DNA of 64,000 nt. It comes from Candidatus Komeilibacteria bacterium. Lineage in GTDB: Bacteria; Patescibacteriota; Patescibacteriia; UBA1558; 2-01-FULL-52-15. The translations under genes were made by a program, and so were the position numbers. Below, one piece after another: positions 25,838-36,570 of the stretch (positions within the stretch are counted from its first letter, which is position 1; the number at the start of each line of letters is the position of its first letter). Below the pieces are notes generated by a model. The model was not told the origin of the DNA and searched no databases. It was given only the letters and a program-made list of their open reading frames with translations. Where the stretch lies: NCBI GenBank assembly GCA_043801745.1, contig JAZDLR010000022.1, forward strand, positions 1,960 through 65,959, given 5' to 3'.

Positions 25838-27904
25838 ATGAAATTTCTGCTTATTTCCGCTGTATTATTTCTTCTGCTTATTATTCCCTGGCCCTGGACC
25901 GGCCTTCAGCTCCTGGTTACCGTCCTTTATTTGGCCGGTCTGAGTTATCTCTTAGGCTGCAAATATTCACCTACTAATGAGTTAATTTTTCGTTTAGCTC
26001 TAGGTTTATTATTAGTATTGTCATTAATAATGGTCGGCAGTACTATTTTTTTCTATCTGGCCAGCTTAAACTACTGGACTTTACTACTGACTGCAGCTTT
26101 GCCGCCGCTGGCACTGCTTTGGCCCTATCAGGCAAAAATAAAAAAAATTATTGAGCCTAGTAATTTAAAGACCCTACTCCTGCCACTAGTACAGCTTTTT
26201 CTAGGACTTGGTCTACTCTGGGTACTGCAACAACACGCCACGACTGAGCCAATTCAATCTCCCTGGCAAATTTTGCCTGCCTCAATCTGGCCAATCTATA
26301 CTGCTACTTGTTTACTCAGTCTAATTATCGCCACCAGCAGGAAAACTTCAGCCTGGATAAAAATCCTGTCGGCCAGCTGGCAATTATTTATGAGCATCAG
26401 CCTGGTTCTCTGGGTGTATTCTTTGGGCTTTGGTTTTGATCCTTTTATTCATCAGGCCACGGAAAAAATTATTGTGGCTACCGGGACTATCAGTCCCCGG
26501 CCGCTATATTACATTGGCTATTATGGCTTAGTTGTCTGGTTACATTACTGGAGTCAAATTTCCTTATCACTGATTGATAGTTGGCTCTTACCCTGCCTGA
26601 CCGCGCTATTGTTGCCGGCAACAATATATTTTAGCTTCCGCTGTAACTTCCGCAGCGAACCCCGCGCGCTAGCAGTTTTGCCTTTATTTTTTTTGCTACT
26701 ACCTTATCCTTTTTTTATTCAGTCAACGCCTCAAGGGTTATCTCTGCTCTGGAGTCTGCTGATTATTTTACTTAGTTTTTTTTATATTCAGCGTCAGCAA
26801 CTGCCGGCTGTCATAATCTTGTTACTGGCTATCGGCGCTTTAACACTGCATCCACTTTCCGGCATCCCGATGATATTTTACACTGCCATGCTGATTGTCT
26901 ATCACCGCTCTTGGGAAGCGTCTAAATTGCTGCGCTGGCTGCGTTTAACGGTCTATGGTTTATTGGCTGCCCTGGCAGCACTGGCCCTGCCGCTGGTTTT
27001 CACTCTGCAATCACAGCTGACGCCGCTAAATACTAACTCTTTATCTTCTGACGGAACCGGCGGGGTTTCCCTTTGGCAACTTCCGGCTTATTACCGCTTT
27101 ATCCGCTGGGACGACTTACTTTATCTATTTTCAGCTAATAGTAAATTACTGTTTATTTTGCTGGCGTTGCTGGGTTTCTGGTACGTTATCAAGCGCCACC
27201 GGGCTCATTATTTTATAAATTATTTAATTACTTATCTGGTAGTGATTGTTAATTATCTACTATTAAGCTGGTTTATTCCTTTTGATTGGCTGTTACCTTA
27301 TGAGCGTCAATCCTATCCTGAACGAATACTGACGTTAAGTTATTTCTTTCTCTGGCCTTTAGCCTTTATCACTTTCTATTGGCTGACGAAAAAAATACTA
27401 CGGTCGCCGCGGCTAATGCAAATGATCATTGGATTTTTCCTGGCCCTAACTATGACCATTAGCTGGTATCTTAGCTATCCCCGCTGGGATTATTATGCAC
27501 AAAATAAAGGCTTCAATACTAGCAGACATGATCTGGCGGCTGTTACCTGGATTCAAGCCCGAGCTGGTCAGGAATCCTATGTTGTGTTAGCCAATCAGGC
27601 GGTTTCGGCCGCGGCCATACAAACCTTAGGTTTTCAACCCTATTACCGCGGGCACTATCTCTATCCAATTCCGACTGGCGATCCACTGTATCAATCTTAT
27701 CTGGACGCGGTTTATAACCGTCAACCACTAACTAGTGTTTGTCAGGATGTTCAAGCTCTAACGGGAGTTTCCCAAGTGTATCTCGTGGTCAACGATTATT
27801 GGTCAGACTTCCCTGCCACGATTGAAAGATTAAAAAAAACCGCCACCTTGGCTGCGGTAATTGACGGCGGACGAAGCTATATTTTTATTTTGCCGGCAGG
27901 TTAA
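25838..27904 (+). CDS. Large polytopic membrane protein, probably GT-C-like
   Basis: Many TM segments, GFGFDPFIH loop and soluble C-terminal domain. Confidence 0.6.
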   Translation: MKFLLISAVLFLLLIIPWPWTGLQLLVTVLYLAGLSYLLGCKYSPTNELIFRLALGLLLVLSLIMVGSTIFFYLASLNYWTLLLTAALPPLALLWPYQAKIKKIIEPSNLKTLLLPLVQLFLGLGLLWVLQQHATTEPIQSPWQILPASIWPIYTATCLLSLIIATSRKTSAWIKILSASWQLFMSISLVLWVYSLGFGFDPFIHQATEKIIVATGTISPRPLYYIGYYGLVVWLHYWSQISLSLIDSWLLPCLTALLLPATIYFSFRCNFRSEPRALAVLPLFFLLLPYPFFIQSTPQGLSLLWSLLIILLSFFYIQRQQLPAVIILLLAIGALTLHPLSGIPMIFYTAMLIVYHRSWEASKLLRWLRLTVYGLLAALAALALPLVFTLQSQLTPLNTNSLSSDGTGGVSLWQLPAYYRFIRWDDLLYLFSANSKLLFILLALLGFWYVIKRHRAHYFINYLITYLVVIVNYLLLSWFIPFDWLLPYERQSYPERILTLSYFFLWPLAFITFYWLTKKILRSPRLMQMIIGFFLALTMTISWYLSYPRWDYYAQNKGFNTSRHDLAAVTWIQARAGQESYVVLANQAVSAAAIQTLGFQPYYRGHYLYPIPTGDPLYQSYLDAVYNRQPLTSVCQDVQALTGVSQVYLVVNDYWSDFPATIERLKKTATLAAVIDGGRSYIFILPAG

Positions 27905-29093
27905 TACAGTCCAACAGCCGTTGCAGATAATTTTTAACGGTAAAGCCAGCGACTGATTGCTGACAGGCTGTTGTCATGGCGCCGATATTTCCCCGACTGT
28001 CAGCCAACTTATTGATCAGTAGGTCTAATTGCCTCCAATTTCCGGCTTCAAAAATCCAGCCATTAAAATCAGGCTTTATTAATTCAGCGGCACCGCCAAT
28101 ATCTGAAGATATCACCGGGATACCCAGGCTTAAAGCTTCCAGAGTGACTGTCGGTGAATTCTCATAACAGGTTGAAGGCATAACTAAGATATCGGTGTGA
28201 GTCAAAATTTCCAACAAATCCTGACGACTACGCCAACCATAAAACTGTATCCGCTCATCTTGCCCGGCCAGTTCCAAAGCTTGATTTAATTTTGGTCCTA
28301 AACCAACTACCCGCAGTCGGACATCGGTCCGCTGTAAGCGGTGAACTAAATCAACTAGCTGCAGAATCCCTTTAGCTTCAGTGATTTGCCCAACGTAGGC
28401 CAAACGCAACTCAGCCGCCGTACTGCGCGTCAGGGCGCGATCGGGGAAATCCACTGGATTGCGCACGACCTGCAAGCATTCAGTCCGGGGGAAAAATCCC
28501 CGTTGCTGATAAAAATTAAGTAGGAATTGTGAGGGTGAAATGACCATTTTAGGTGATCCCAGCAAACGCCGCATCAAACGGGGATAACCCAACAAATTTA
28601 CCAAACGCTGCTGCCAATTATTTTCCTGACCTCTGATGATAATGCCCGAAGGATTATACAACTGCACATCATGAACCGTATGAATGTGAATAATGCCGTG
28701 CCGGCGCAATAAATAAGGGATCAAAAAGCCGATACCCATAAGATTATGAGTAATCACCATGTCGGGTTTTTCTTTAGCTATAACCGAACGGACTGCTAAA
28801 TAGGAATGTAAATTAAAAATATCCAGCAAGTGCCAAACCAAACGTATAATGGCCGGATAAGCGTAATCATTCAGGTAATAATAAAGATTCCAGGGATAAA
28901 AGCGGTAGACTTTGACGCCGCGCGTTTCGCGCGCCCTAGGCCACCAGGAAGACCAACCGGACGGCGGTTGAGTAGAAATAACAAAAACGTGATGCAGGTT
29001 ATCTTTCAAACCTTCGGCTAAGGTGCTGGCAATAATTTCAGCGCCACCACGGACAAAAGGCGGATAGAGATTGGAAATAATGCCTATTTTCAT
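27885..29093 (-). CDS. Glycosyltransferase family 4
   Basis: YPP...GGAE N-terminus; ENSPTVTLEA (EX7E). Confidence 0.9.
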   Translation of the reverse strand: MKIGIISNLYPPFVRGGAEIIASTLAEGLKDNLHHVFVISTQPPSGWSSWWPRARETRGVKVYRFYPWNLYYYLNDYAYPAIIRLVWHLLDIFNLHSYLAVRSVIAKEKPDMVITHNLMGIGFLIPYLLRRHGIIHIHTVHDVQLYNPSGIIIRGQENNWQQRLVNLLGYPRLMRRLLGSPKMVISPSQFLLNFYQQRGFFPRTECLQVVRNPVDFPDRALTRSTAAELRLAYVGQITEAKGILQLVDLVHRLQRTDVRLRVVGLGPKLNQALELAGQDERIQFYGWRSRQDLLEILTHTDILVMPSTCYENSPTVTLEALSLGIPVISSDIGGAAELIKPDFNGWIFEAGNWRQLDLLINKLADSRGNIGAMTTACQQSVAGFTVKNYLQRLLDCINLPAK

Positions 29094-30229
29094 ACAAATT
29101 CGTTATACACCTGTTCCAGCTTGCGGCCAACGACCCCCCAATCGTAAGTAGTCACCACTTTCTGCCGCCCAGCCTCACCGAACTTAGTGCACATTTGAGG
29201 ATTTCTTAGTAACCAGTCCATATACCTGGCCAAAGTGCCGACGTCTTTCGGTTTGACCAGAAAGCCATTGACCTTTTTTTCAATTAAACTCCGGACCCCG
29301 GGCAAATCGGAAGCAATCACCGCAATACCCGAAGCCATAGCTTCTAATAAAACCAAACCAAAAGCCTCCGAGCCGTCAATGGAAGGCAGAACCACAATAT
29401 CAGCCACGTTATAATACAGCGGCAACTGGTCATTGGCCACAAAACCGGTAAAAATAACTTTTTTCTCCAAACCAAAATTTTGCACTAAGCTAAAATAGCT
29501 GGACAACAAATCACCCGTACCCACAATCACTAAGCGGTAATCATCATGAGAAGCGACCATTTGAAACGCTTTGATCAAATAAGTAATACCCTTAAAATAA
29601 TGAGCCCGGTCTAAAGCGCCGATAAACAGAACAATACGTTTATTTTGCAAACCATGGCGGTCTAATAAACCTTTATCCTTGCGGCGGGGTCTAAAGGTAT
29701 CAGCATCAACGCCAAAAGGTATTTCCCGGAATTTCTGCGGCTCGCAGACTAAACGATTATGCAGTTGAGAGCGGAGCGCATAATCCAGCGACGAAACCAC
29801 GATGGCATCCGCACGGGTCAACACGCGCGGCATAATTTCTGCCGTATGCCAACGAAAAAATTTTTCCGACAGACCCTGACCATGGACATCCATATGGTAA
29901 TGGATGACTAAGGGCGCTTCACTGAAAAAATCCCGTAAATAAATTATTTCCGCCCCGCCGAAAAATGGATAATGTAAATCAATAATATCAAAACCTCTTA
30001 ACTGCCAAAGTAATTGCGGCAAGAAAGCGGCATTGCCATAACGGACCCAGGGCCGTAAACGCCGCACGCTAAAGGGATAAGTTTGATCCAACGTTGGTTT
30101 GGAACTGTACGGCGTAAAAACCGTAACAGCATGTCCCAGTCGGGACAACTGCCAACTCAAATGATAAACAACATTACCCATACCGGCTAAATAGGGCGGA
30201 AAAGTTGATACGATGTGCGCAATCTTCAT
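29090..30229 (-). CDS. Glycosyltransferase family 4
   Basis: EAFGLVLLEAMASG; start refined to MKIAHIV. Confidence 0.92.
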   Translation of the reverse strand: MKIAHIVSTFPPYLAGMGNVVYHLSWQLSRLGHAVTVFTPYSSKPTLDQTYPFSVRRLRPWVRYGNAAFLPQLLWQLRGFDIIDLHYPFFGGAEIIYLRDFFSEAPLVIHYHMDVHGQGLSEKFFRWHTAEIMPRVLTRADAIVVSSLDYALRSQLHNRLVCEPQKFREIPFGVDADTFRPRRKDKGLLDRHGLQNKRIVLFIGALDRAHYFKGITYLIKAFQMVASHDDYRLVIVGTGDLLSSYFSLVQNFGLEKKVIFTGFVANDQLPLYYNVADIVVLPSIDGSEAFGLVLLEAMASGIAVIASDLPGVRSLIEKKVNGFLVKPKDVGTLARYMDWLLRNPQMCTKFGEAGRQKVVTTYDWGVVGRKLEQVYNEFV

Positions 30230-30231
30230 CC

Positions 30232-31290
30232 CTACCAATAGATAATTAGTAAAACCAACCGGCGATACCAGGCGAAAACCGGATTAGCAACGTATCGTAG
30301 CAACCAGGGAGCTAAAGGTTGGAATAATATTTGTCCGGTGAACTCCTGCAACATAACCCGATCGCTGACTTTGCGCTGGCGACCCAATTGCCGCCGTTGT
30401 CGCCAGAGCTTGCCCCACTGCGATCCGGAAAATAACCAAGAATAACTTTTCAATTTAGCCTTTAGCCACTGCCGCTTCCAAGCGAAGAATAACTGACCCA
30501 GCTCCATTACCAGCCAGGCCGGAAATAATAGAACCAAAGTCCCTAAGCGATAATTTTTGGCTCCGACCCATAAACGGTTACGTTCAAAATAGAAGATCTG
30601 GCGCAGGCTGCGCTGAAACTCGTACTGATGATAAACTACGGCGCTAGGTACTAAATAGTTGCGATAACCCGCCAAACGCAAGCGCCAGCCCAAATCTAAA
30701 TCCTCGTGATACATAAACATTTCCGGATCAAACAAGCCACTACCCAACTGTTCAATTACTTCCGGCCGCAACAAGACTGCAGCGCCAGTACAATAATTTA
30801 TTGACCTCGGCGCTACGGCAATCTGCTGATCCGGCCAGCCGTTACCCTCAGTGTAGCCGAAACCTAAATAGTGAATGCGGTTACCCAGTGAATTAATCAA
30901 ACTCTGGTCCGGCCAGAGCAATAATTTAGGCTGCACCGCAGCCGCATCGCTATGCTGCTCCAAAAAATCGACTAATTGGGTCAAGACCCGGTCAGTCAGA
31001 TAAGCATCCTGATTTAATAAAAAAATGTAATCAGCTTGACCCTGTTTAATTATAGCCTCCCAACCCAACTGATTACCGCCGGCAAAGCCCAGATTAGTTT
31101 TCGCTTGAATTAGCCGCACCTGCGGATAGTGCTGCCGGATATAATCAACCGATGTATCAGTTGAATTATTATCAACCACATAGACTAGCCGTTCAATATC
31201 CGGCTGCAGAGTTGTAAAAACAGCCGACAAGCACTGGGGCAAATAGGCTAGACCGTTATAATTGACGATCAGTAGGGCGACGGTTTTCAT
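30232..31290 (-). CDS. Glycosyltransferase family 2 (rhamnosyltransferase-like)
   Basis: IVNYN, VDNNSTD, NLGFAGG, LLNQD and MYHEDLD. Confidence 0.9.
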   Translation of the reverse strand: MKTVALLIVNYNGLAYLPQCLSAVFTTLQPDIERLVYVVDNNSTDTSVDYIRQHYPQVRLIQAKTNLGFAGGNQLGWEAIIKQGQADYIFLLNQDAYLTDRVLTQLVDFLEQHSDAAAVQPKLLLWPDQSLINSLGNRIHYLGFGYTEGNGWPDQQIAVAPRSINYCTGAAVLLRPEVIEQLGSGLFDPEMFMYHEDLDLGWRLRLAGYRNYLVPSAVVYHQYEFQRSLRQIFYFERNRLWVGAKNYRLGTLVLLFPAWLVMELGQLFFAWKRQWLKAKLKSYSWLFSGSQWGKLWRQRRQLGRQRKVSDRVMLQEFTGQILFQPLAPWLLRYVANPVFAWYRRLVLLIIYW

Positions 31291-31606
31291 GGTCACGCAA
31301 AGCCAGCTCCCGAGTTAAGGTAGTTATTGATCGGTCTAAGGAGTCAAGACGAACAAACAGACGAAACACAGCATACAACAAAACAATGATGGCACCATAA
31401 GTGACTACATCGGCGCCTCGTCCAATATGTAGTAAATCAGCCAAACGGTTCGTCAACTCCGGCCACCAGAAAACAACAGCTACAGCCAGCCAAATAATGG
31501 TCCAGATCCAAGCTAAGCCCAAAGAGATTCTAACCACCCGGCGGCGGCGCCAGATAGCTACTAACGCCAGTAGAGTAATTAAGGAAACCAACAGTGATAA
31601 AGCCAT
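31256..31606 (-). CDS. DUF2304 family membrane protein (GacJ-like)
   Basis: 3 TM, LADLLHIGRGAD and ITTLTRELAL; adjacent to a DPM1-like GT2. Confidence 0.85.
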   Translation of the reverse strand: MALSLLVSLITLLALVAIWRRRRVVRISLGLAWIWTIIWLAVAVVFWWPELTNRLADLLHIGRGADVVTYGAIIVLLYAVFRLFVRLDSLDRSITTLTRELALRDHENRRPTDRQL

Positions 31607-31612
31607 AAATTG

Positions 31613-32287
31613 TTATTTAATTAATCTCTGCTTAAGTAAATCCCCAATAATACGCAAGCCGCCAACCAGACCCTGTCCATAATCATAATAGCGGATTGTG
31701 ACCGGAACTTCCTGATAGCGCCAACCGTGACGCTTAATTTGCATGATTATTTCTGAGGCGTGAGCCATGCGGTCCTGACGGATATCTAGTCGCGCGGCAG
31801 CAGTCGCTCTAAAAGCGCGGAAACCGTTGTGAACATCCGTTAAGCGTAAACCGGAGGTTAAATGTTGAAAAATCAAAGCTGGTTTTTGCAGCAAATATTT
31901 TTTTGTCCAGGGTATATTGTTGACCTGTAAAAAGCGTGAACCCAGCACCAGGTCTAATTCCTCGTTTTGCTGCAAAGGAGCGATCATGGCGGCAATATCA
32001 TTAGGATCCATCTGACCGTCAGCATCAAAATGTACAATAATTTCTGCACCCTGCTGTAAAGCATAGCGCATCCCCGTCAGCAGAGCCGCGCCCTGGCCGC
32101 GATTAAGCGGATGACTTATAACCGTGGTAAACTCCCGGGCAATCTCAGCCGTAGCATCGCCGGAACCATCATCAACCACTACAACTTGATAAGGTAATGT
32201 TCGCAACTGCTCCAAAACCGCCCGCAACCTCCGGTCAGCCACGTTATAAGCCGGTATAACAATATAGATTGAGCTAGTGTTTTCCAT
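31613..32287 (-). CDS. Polyprenol-phosphate glycosyltransferase, GT2 DPM1/GacI-like
   Basis: IPAYN, VDDGS, NRGQGAA, FDADGQ and DVHNGFR. Confidence 0.9.
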   Translation of the reverse strand: MENTSSIYIVIPAYNVADRRLRAVLEQLRTLPYQVVVVDDGSGDATAEIAREFTTVISHPLNRGQGAALLTGMRYALQQGAEIIVHFDADGQMDPNDIAAMIAPLQQNEELDLVLGSRFLQVNNIPWTKKYLLQKPALIFQHLTSGLRLTDVHNGFRAFRATAAARLDIRQDRMAHASEIIMQIKRHGWRYQEVPVTIRYYDYGQGLVGGLRIIGDLLKQRLIK

Positions 32288-33416
32288 GAACCTGATTTAG
32301 CACGTTTTGTGTTTGCGCCAGAACTACTTCGGGTGTAAAAGCCGACAAACTGGCCACTCTGTTAGCATTAACAGTTTGTGCCAGTGATTGATCAGTCAGG
32401 GCTCGGACCAAAGCGTCAACCATAGCCGGCCGGTCGCCAATAGTCACCAATAAACCATTCTGACCCGAAGTAATAATTTCAGCATTACCGCCAACAGCTG
32501 TGGCCACAGGTATTAAACCGGCATTCAAAGCCTCCAGCAGCACGTGTGACAATCCCTCATAGGTGCTATTGAGAACAAAAACCCGGGCCGTAGCTAGGCG
32601 CTGCAAGACTTGGTCGTGTGACAATTGACCCAAAACCTCAATAGTAGGGCTAACTTGCGCTGCCTTGACCTGGACTGCTTCCAGCTCCGGACCGTCGCCG
32701 ATCAAGCACAAACGAGCCTCTGGCATCCGGACTAAGACCTCGGGCCAATAACTAATCAACTGCTGGTACTGCTTCCAGGGTACCATACGGCCCACTGACA
32801 CAATTAGCGGCTGCCGTTCTAACCCGGCCACAACCTTCGGCTCAACCGGAGTAAAAGCATTAAAAATAACGGCTATGTCCGCCTCGGCCACTTTCCAACT
32901 TTTAACAATCCCGGCCAAATACTGACTGGGCACTATTACTTTGTCCGCGCGGCGTACCACCCACTGCTGCAATAAACGCATAATTCTTATTCGAACGGGC
33001 AGATTCAGAGCGGTTGAAAACTGCTCTAAAGAATCACGATAACCATATTGCACACCAGCCTGTTCCCAGGCATAATCTCCGGTAACTTTTACGGCCACCG
33101 GTATACCCCACATACCGCCCAGTATTATTGACTGCCAACCGCCGGCAATAGGATTCTGCGCATAAATAACCCCTGCGCCTTGGCAGACACGCCAAAGAGC
33201 CAAAAAATAACGCCAGTGACTGATGATTTTGGAACCGCGCTTTACCCGGATTACAGTAAAAGCAGCGTGAGTTTCGGGAATAATTTCCTCCGAAAAACAG
33301 ACAACTGTTACTTGCTGTCCGTGATTGGCTAACCAACTAGCTAATTTATTACTGAAAATGGCTGGACCGCCGACATCAGGCGGAAAAATACCGGCAGCAA
33401 TAATTACGCGGCTCAT
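32274..33416 (-). CDS. Glycosyltransferase family 4
   Basis: FPPDVGGPA and EGLSHVLLEA. Confidence 0.9.
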   Translation of the reverse strand: MSRVIIAAGIFPPDVGGPAIFSNKLASWLANHGQQVTVVCFSEEIIPETHAAFTVIRVKRGSKIISHWRYFLALWRVCQGAGVIYAQNPIAGGWQSIILGGMWGIPVAVKVTGDYAWEQAGVQYGYRDSLEQFSTALNLPVRIRIMRLLQQWVVRRADKVIVPSQYLAGIVKSWKVAEADIAVIFNAFTPVEPKVVAGLERQPLIVSVGRMVPWKQYQQLISYWPEVLVRMPEARLCLIGDGPELEAVQVKAAQVSPTIEVLGQLSHDQVLQRLATARVFVLNSTYEGLSHVLLEALNAGLIPVATAVGGNAEIITSGQNGLLVTIGDRPAMVDALVRALTDQSLAQTVNANRVASLSAFTPEVVLAQTQNVLNQVHGKH

Positions 33417-34318
33417 AAAGATTGCTTCTGCCAATTATAAGTGCGACGCAATCCTTCATTTAAATTCACCCGCGGCTCCCAGAGTAACTGCTGCCGGGCT
33501 TTCTGAGCGCTGTAAACAAAACGTTTGACTTCTCCTACAATAGGCTCACTATGACGTCTGATAATTTCTTTCTCGTGCAGGGTCTCCAACATTTTTACCA
33601 GATCCATAATCGAGGTTTCCTGATTCGTGCCGAGATTATAAATACCTTCGCGCTCTAAACCTTGAACCAAACCAGTAACCATGTCATCAACGTAGGTATA
33701 ATCTCTGGTCTGCTGACCGTCACCATTGACGACAAATTCCTGACCTTTCAAAGCACAATTAATGAGCAGACTGATGACCCCGGCTTCTCCGGCCGGATCC
33801 TGCCTGGGACCATAGACATTAGCAAAACGGAAAATAGTAACTGGTAAACCGTGAGTCAGTTGATAGAAAAGTAAATAATGTTCCAGGGTCTTTTTGGTAA
33901 TACCGTAAGGATTTATGGGGTGGGTCTGATCACCTTCTTCGGGACGTAAAGTATGCTCCCCGTAAACAGCCGCAGAGGAAGAAAAAATAAGGCGCGGTTT
34001 TCTGGCAGCTGCCGCCTGTAATAACCGCAAGCTGCCAATAACGTTAATCTGCGCGTCGGCAATTGGATCAGCTAAAGCCAGACGTAAATTTTTCTGCGCC
34101 GCCAAATGGTAGATAACCTCCGGCTCAAACTCCTCAATGCACTGCTTGAGGTCAGCGGTCAAAAGATCAATATTGTAGAAAACCGCTTCTGGGGGCACAT
34201 ATTCCCGCTTACCGGTGGACAAATTATCCAAAACAGCCACTTGGTGGCCAAGGGCTAGTAAACGCTCAACAAGATGAGATCCAATGAATCCGGCGCCTCC
34301 GGTGACTAATATTCGCAT
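33413..34318 (-). CDS. NAD-dependent sugar epimerase (GalE/WbpP-like)
   Basis: TGGAGFIGS, SSAAVYG, YGITK and NVYGPRQ. Confidence 0.9.
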   Translation of the reverse strand: MRILVTGGAGFIGSHLVERLLALGHQVAVLDNLSTGKREYVPPEAVFYNIDLLTADLKQCIEEFEPEVIYHLAAQKNLRLALADPIADAQINVIGSLRLLQAAAARKPRLIFSSSAAVYGEHTLRPEEGDQTHPINPYGITKKTLEHYLLFYQLTHGLPVTIFRFANVYGPRQDPAGEAGVISLLINCALKGQEFVVNGDGQQTRDYTYVDDMVTGLVQGLEREGIYNLGTNQETSIMDLVKMLETLHEKEIIRRHSEPIVGEVKRFVYSAQKARQQLLWEPRVNLNEGLRRTYNWQKQSL

Positions 34319-34387
34319 AATTCTCAATAAAAATCGGGCTCGTAATCCAATACTATACGAAACCCGAAAAAAATCAACCTGTCAAAG

Positions 34388-35428
34388 CTATTCTTTTCTA
34401 TCTCCTATCACACCATAAGAAACGTTAAGCGTCAAGGAAGAACGAGCATAGGCAATAGTCTCCGCCAATCCCTGATCTAAACTGACCAAAGGAAACCAAC
34501 CTAGTTTATCCTTGGCCAAGGCTATGTCCGGCAAAGCCTGGCGATGGGTAAAAGCCAAACTCTCGGCAAAGCTAATTTCTGAATGAGATTTGGTCAGTTC
34601 AACAATCTTCTGAGCAACTTCCAACAAAGTATGAAAAGAGTCGCCACCAAGATTAACCGGATCAGTTATAGCACCGTGCATCAAAGCCACTAAACCCTCG
34701 ACCATATCTTTCACATAGCAAAGTGATGAGCCGGTAGTTTCGGCACCATGAATCACAATCGGCTGATTGCGCAAGGCGTTATTAATAAAATCCGGGACAT
34801 TACGGCCACTGGAAAGCATCATGCGCGGACCGTAAGCTGTAAACACGCGGGCAATACGCGTCGGCATTTTATAATGATCACGCCAGCTGCTGACTAATGT
34901 TTCGGCAAACCTTTTACCCTCATTGTAACAGGCCCGCGGCCCGATAAAACTGACATTGCCTAGATAATTTTCATTAATCATGTCCGCTTCATCCGGTGGC
35001 CGGCCGTAAACCGCCGAGGATGAAACCAACAGATACTTAGCATTGTACTGACGCGCTAATTCCAAACTATTAATCACGCCTAGTGAATTAGCCTTAGCCG
35101 TTTCTATCGGCAGTTTAGTAAAGTCCTCCGGCGATGTGGGGCAAGCCAAATTATAAATCTCCTGAATCCCCTGAGCCTTGACTTTAAATTTCTTCAATTC
35201 CGGCAAGTCATCCAGTTCCAACTTTTCAGTAATATCATGGCGGATAAATTCGAAGCTGGGAAATTCCAGCATCATCTTAATATTCTCCACATCGGAGGTA
35301 ATAAAATTATCCACGCAGATAACCTGATCCCCGCGCTTAAGCAAAAATTCACATAAATGCGAGCCCAAAAAACCGGCCCCGCCCAGGACTAGGATATTTT
35401 TCCTCTCAATAGGATAACGTACTGTCAT
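34388..35428 (-). CDS. UDP-glucuronate decarboxylase-like extended SDR
   Basis: GGAGFLGSHL, IYNLACPTSP, GPRACYNEGKR and RIARVF.AYGPRM. Confidence 0.85.
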   Translation of the reverse strand: MTVRYPIERKNILVLGGAGFLGSHLCEFLLKRGDQVICVDNFITSDVENIKMMLEFPSFEFIRHDITEKLELDDLPELKKFKVKAQGIQEIYNLACPTSPEDFTKLPIETAKANSLGVINSLELARQYNAKYLLVSSSAVYGRPPDEADMINENYLGNVSFIGPRACYNEGKRFAETLVSSWRDHYKMPTRIARVFTAYGPRMMLSSGRNVPDFINNALRNQPIVIHGAETTGSSLCYVKDMVEGLVALMHGAITDPVNLGGDSFHTLLEVAQKIVELTKSHSEISFAESLAFTHRQALPDIALAKDKLGWFPLVSLDQGLAETIAYARSSLTLNVSYGVIGDRKE

Positions 35429-36126
35429 AGTTTATAGCGATGGGTCCAATAGTTATATTGTACACTAAAAACTGCCAGCAGAGTAGTGATATAGGACCAG
35501 GGCTTAACTTTGGAAGCAAAATTGTTAACCCAGCGGACCGGCAGCTCGGAAATAACCAGGCCTTTTTTACGAGCCAGAAATAACAGCTCAAAATCAAAAG
35601 CCCAATCATCCCTGGTCTGCAACTGAAACAAAACCCGACAGCTGGAGCGGAACATTTTAAAGCCGCATTGCGTATCACTTATGCCCGGTACCAACAAGAG
35701 CCGGATCAGGCCATTGCCGAGACGTCCCAGCGTACGCTTGAGCCAGGGTTGTGCTACTAGAACATTAGCCTGAGCTATCTGACGTGAACCAATAACAATG
35801 TCAGCCCGGTCTAAAGCTGACAAAAACGCCGGCAAATGGTCAATGTCCGTGGAATTGTCAGCATCAGTAAATAAAATCACCTGACCCTGTGCCGCTAGAA
35901 CGCCACTACGCACGGCTGCTCCTTTACCACGGTGTGGTAAAGGCAAAAGTTTAACCGGCTGAAAGGTAGATACCAGTTGGGCCGTGGAATCGAGGGAACC
36001 GTCATCGGCAACAATAATCTCAAAATTACCGGCATAATGCTGATCCAAAAAACTAACCACACGTCGTAATGTGGTGGCAATAACTGAGGCCTCATTATAG
36101 GCAGGTATGACAACACTAAGCAACAT
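35425..36126 (-). CDS. Dolichyl/polyprenyl-phosphate glycosyltransferase (GT2)
   Basis: IPAYNE, DDGS, RGKGAAV, FTDAD and DTQCGFK. Confidence 0.9.
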   Translation of the reverse strand: MLLSVVIPAYNEASVIATTLRRVVSFLDQHYAGNFEIIVADDGSLDSTAQLVSTFQPVKLLPLPHRGKGAAVRSGVLAAQGQVILFTDADNSTDIDHLPAFLSALDRADIVIGSRQIAQANVLVAQPWLKRTLGRLGNGLIRLLLVPGISDTQCGFKMFRSSCRVLFQLQTRDDWAFDFELLFLARKKGLVISELPVRWVNNFASKVKPWSYITTLLAVFSVQYNYWTHRYKL

Positions 36127-36129
36127 AGA

Positions 36130-36570
36130 TTAACGGAAAGTCCAAATCTTATTAAGAGAAAAATTCCATAACATGACAATGATGGCAATTATAAATTTTG
36201 CCAATAAATCGTTCCAGCTCCAACCACTAACAAAAATAAATAGTAAGACGGAAGTTAAAAACAGACCAACAATATTTACTGACAAAAACTTAAAATACTG
36301 CTGTCCCAATGGCTGACTAACCGCTGTCCGGAAAGTCCAGCGTTTATTCCAGTAAAAACTCCAAGCAGCCGAAATCAAGAAAGATAAAATATTGGCCAGC
36401 AAATAATAGAGGCCAGTTAATCTAGTCAATACAACGTATACCAGCATGTCAACTATGAAGCTGGAGACACCAATTAACGCAAACTTTGTCAGTTGTGCTA
36501 AAATCGGCCAGCGCCGAAATAAGAAGAAATTCACCCACCAACGATGTATTTGTGTGTACCAGGACTTCAT
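36130..36570 (-). CDS. GtrA family flippase-like protein
   Basis: KFALIG, N..SF...NKRWTF and WNFSLNKIWTF; start at 36570 gives an ATGA overlap with the S8 stop. Confidence 0.88.
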   Translation of the reverse strand: MKSWYTQIHRWWVNFFLFRRWPILAQLTKFALIGVSSFIVDMLVYVVLTRLTGLYYLLANILSFLISAAWSFYWNKRWTFRTAVSQPLGQQYFKFLSVNIVGLFLTSVLLFIFVSGWSWNDLLAKFIIAIIVMLWNFSLNKIWTFR

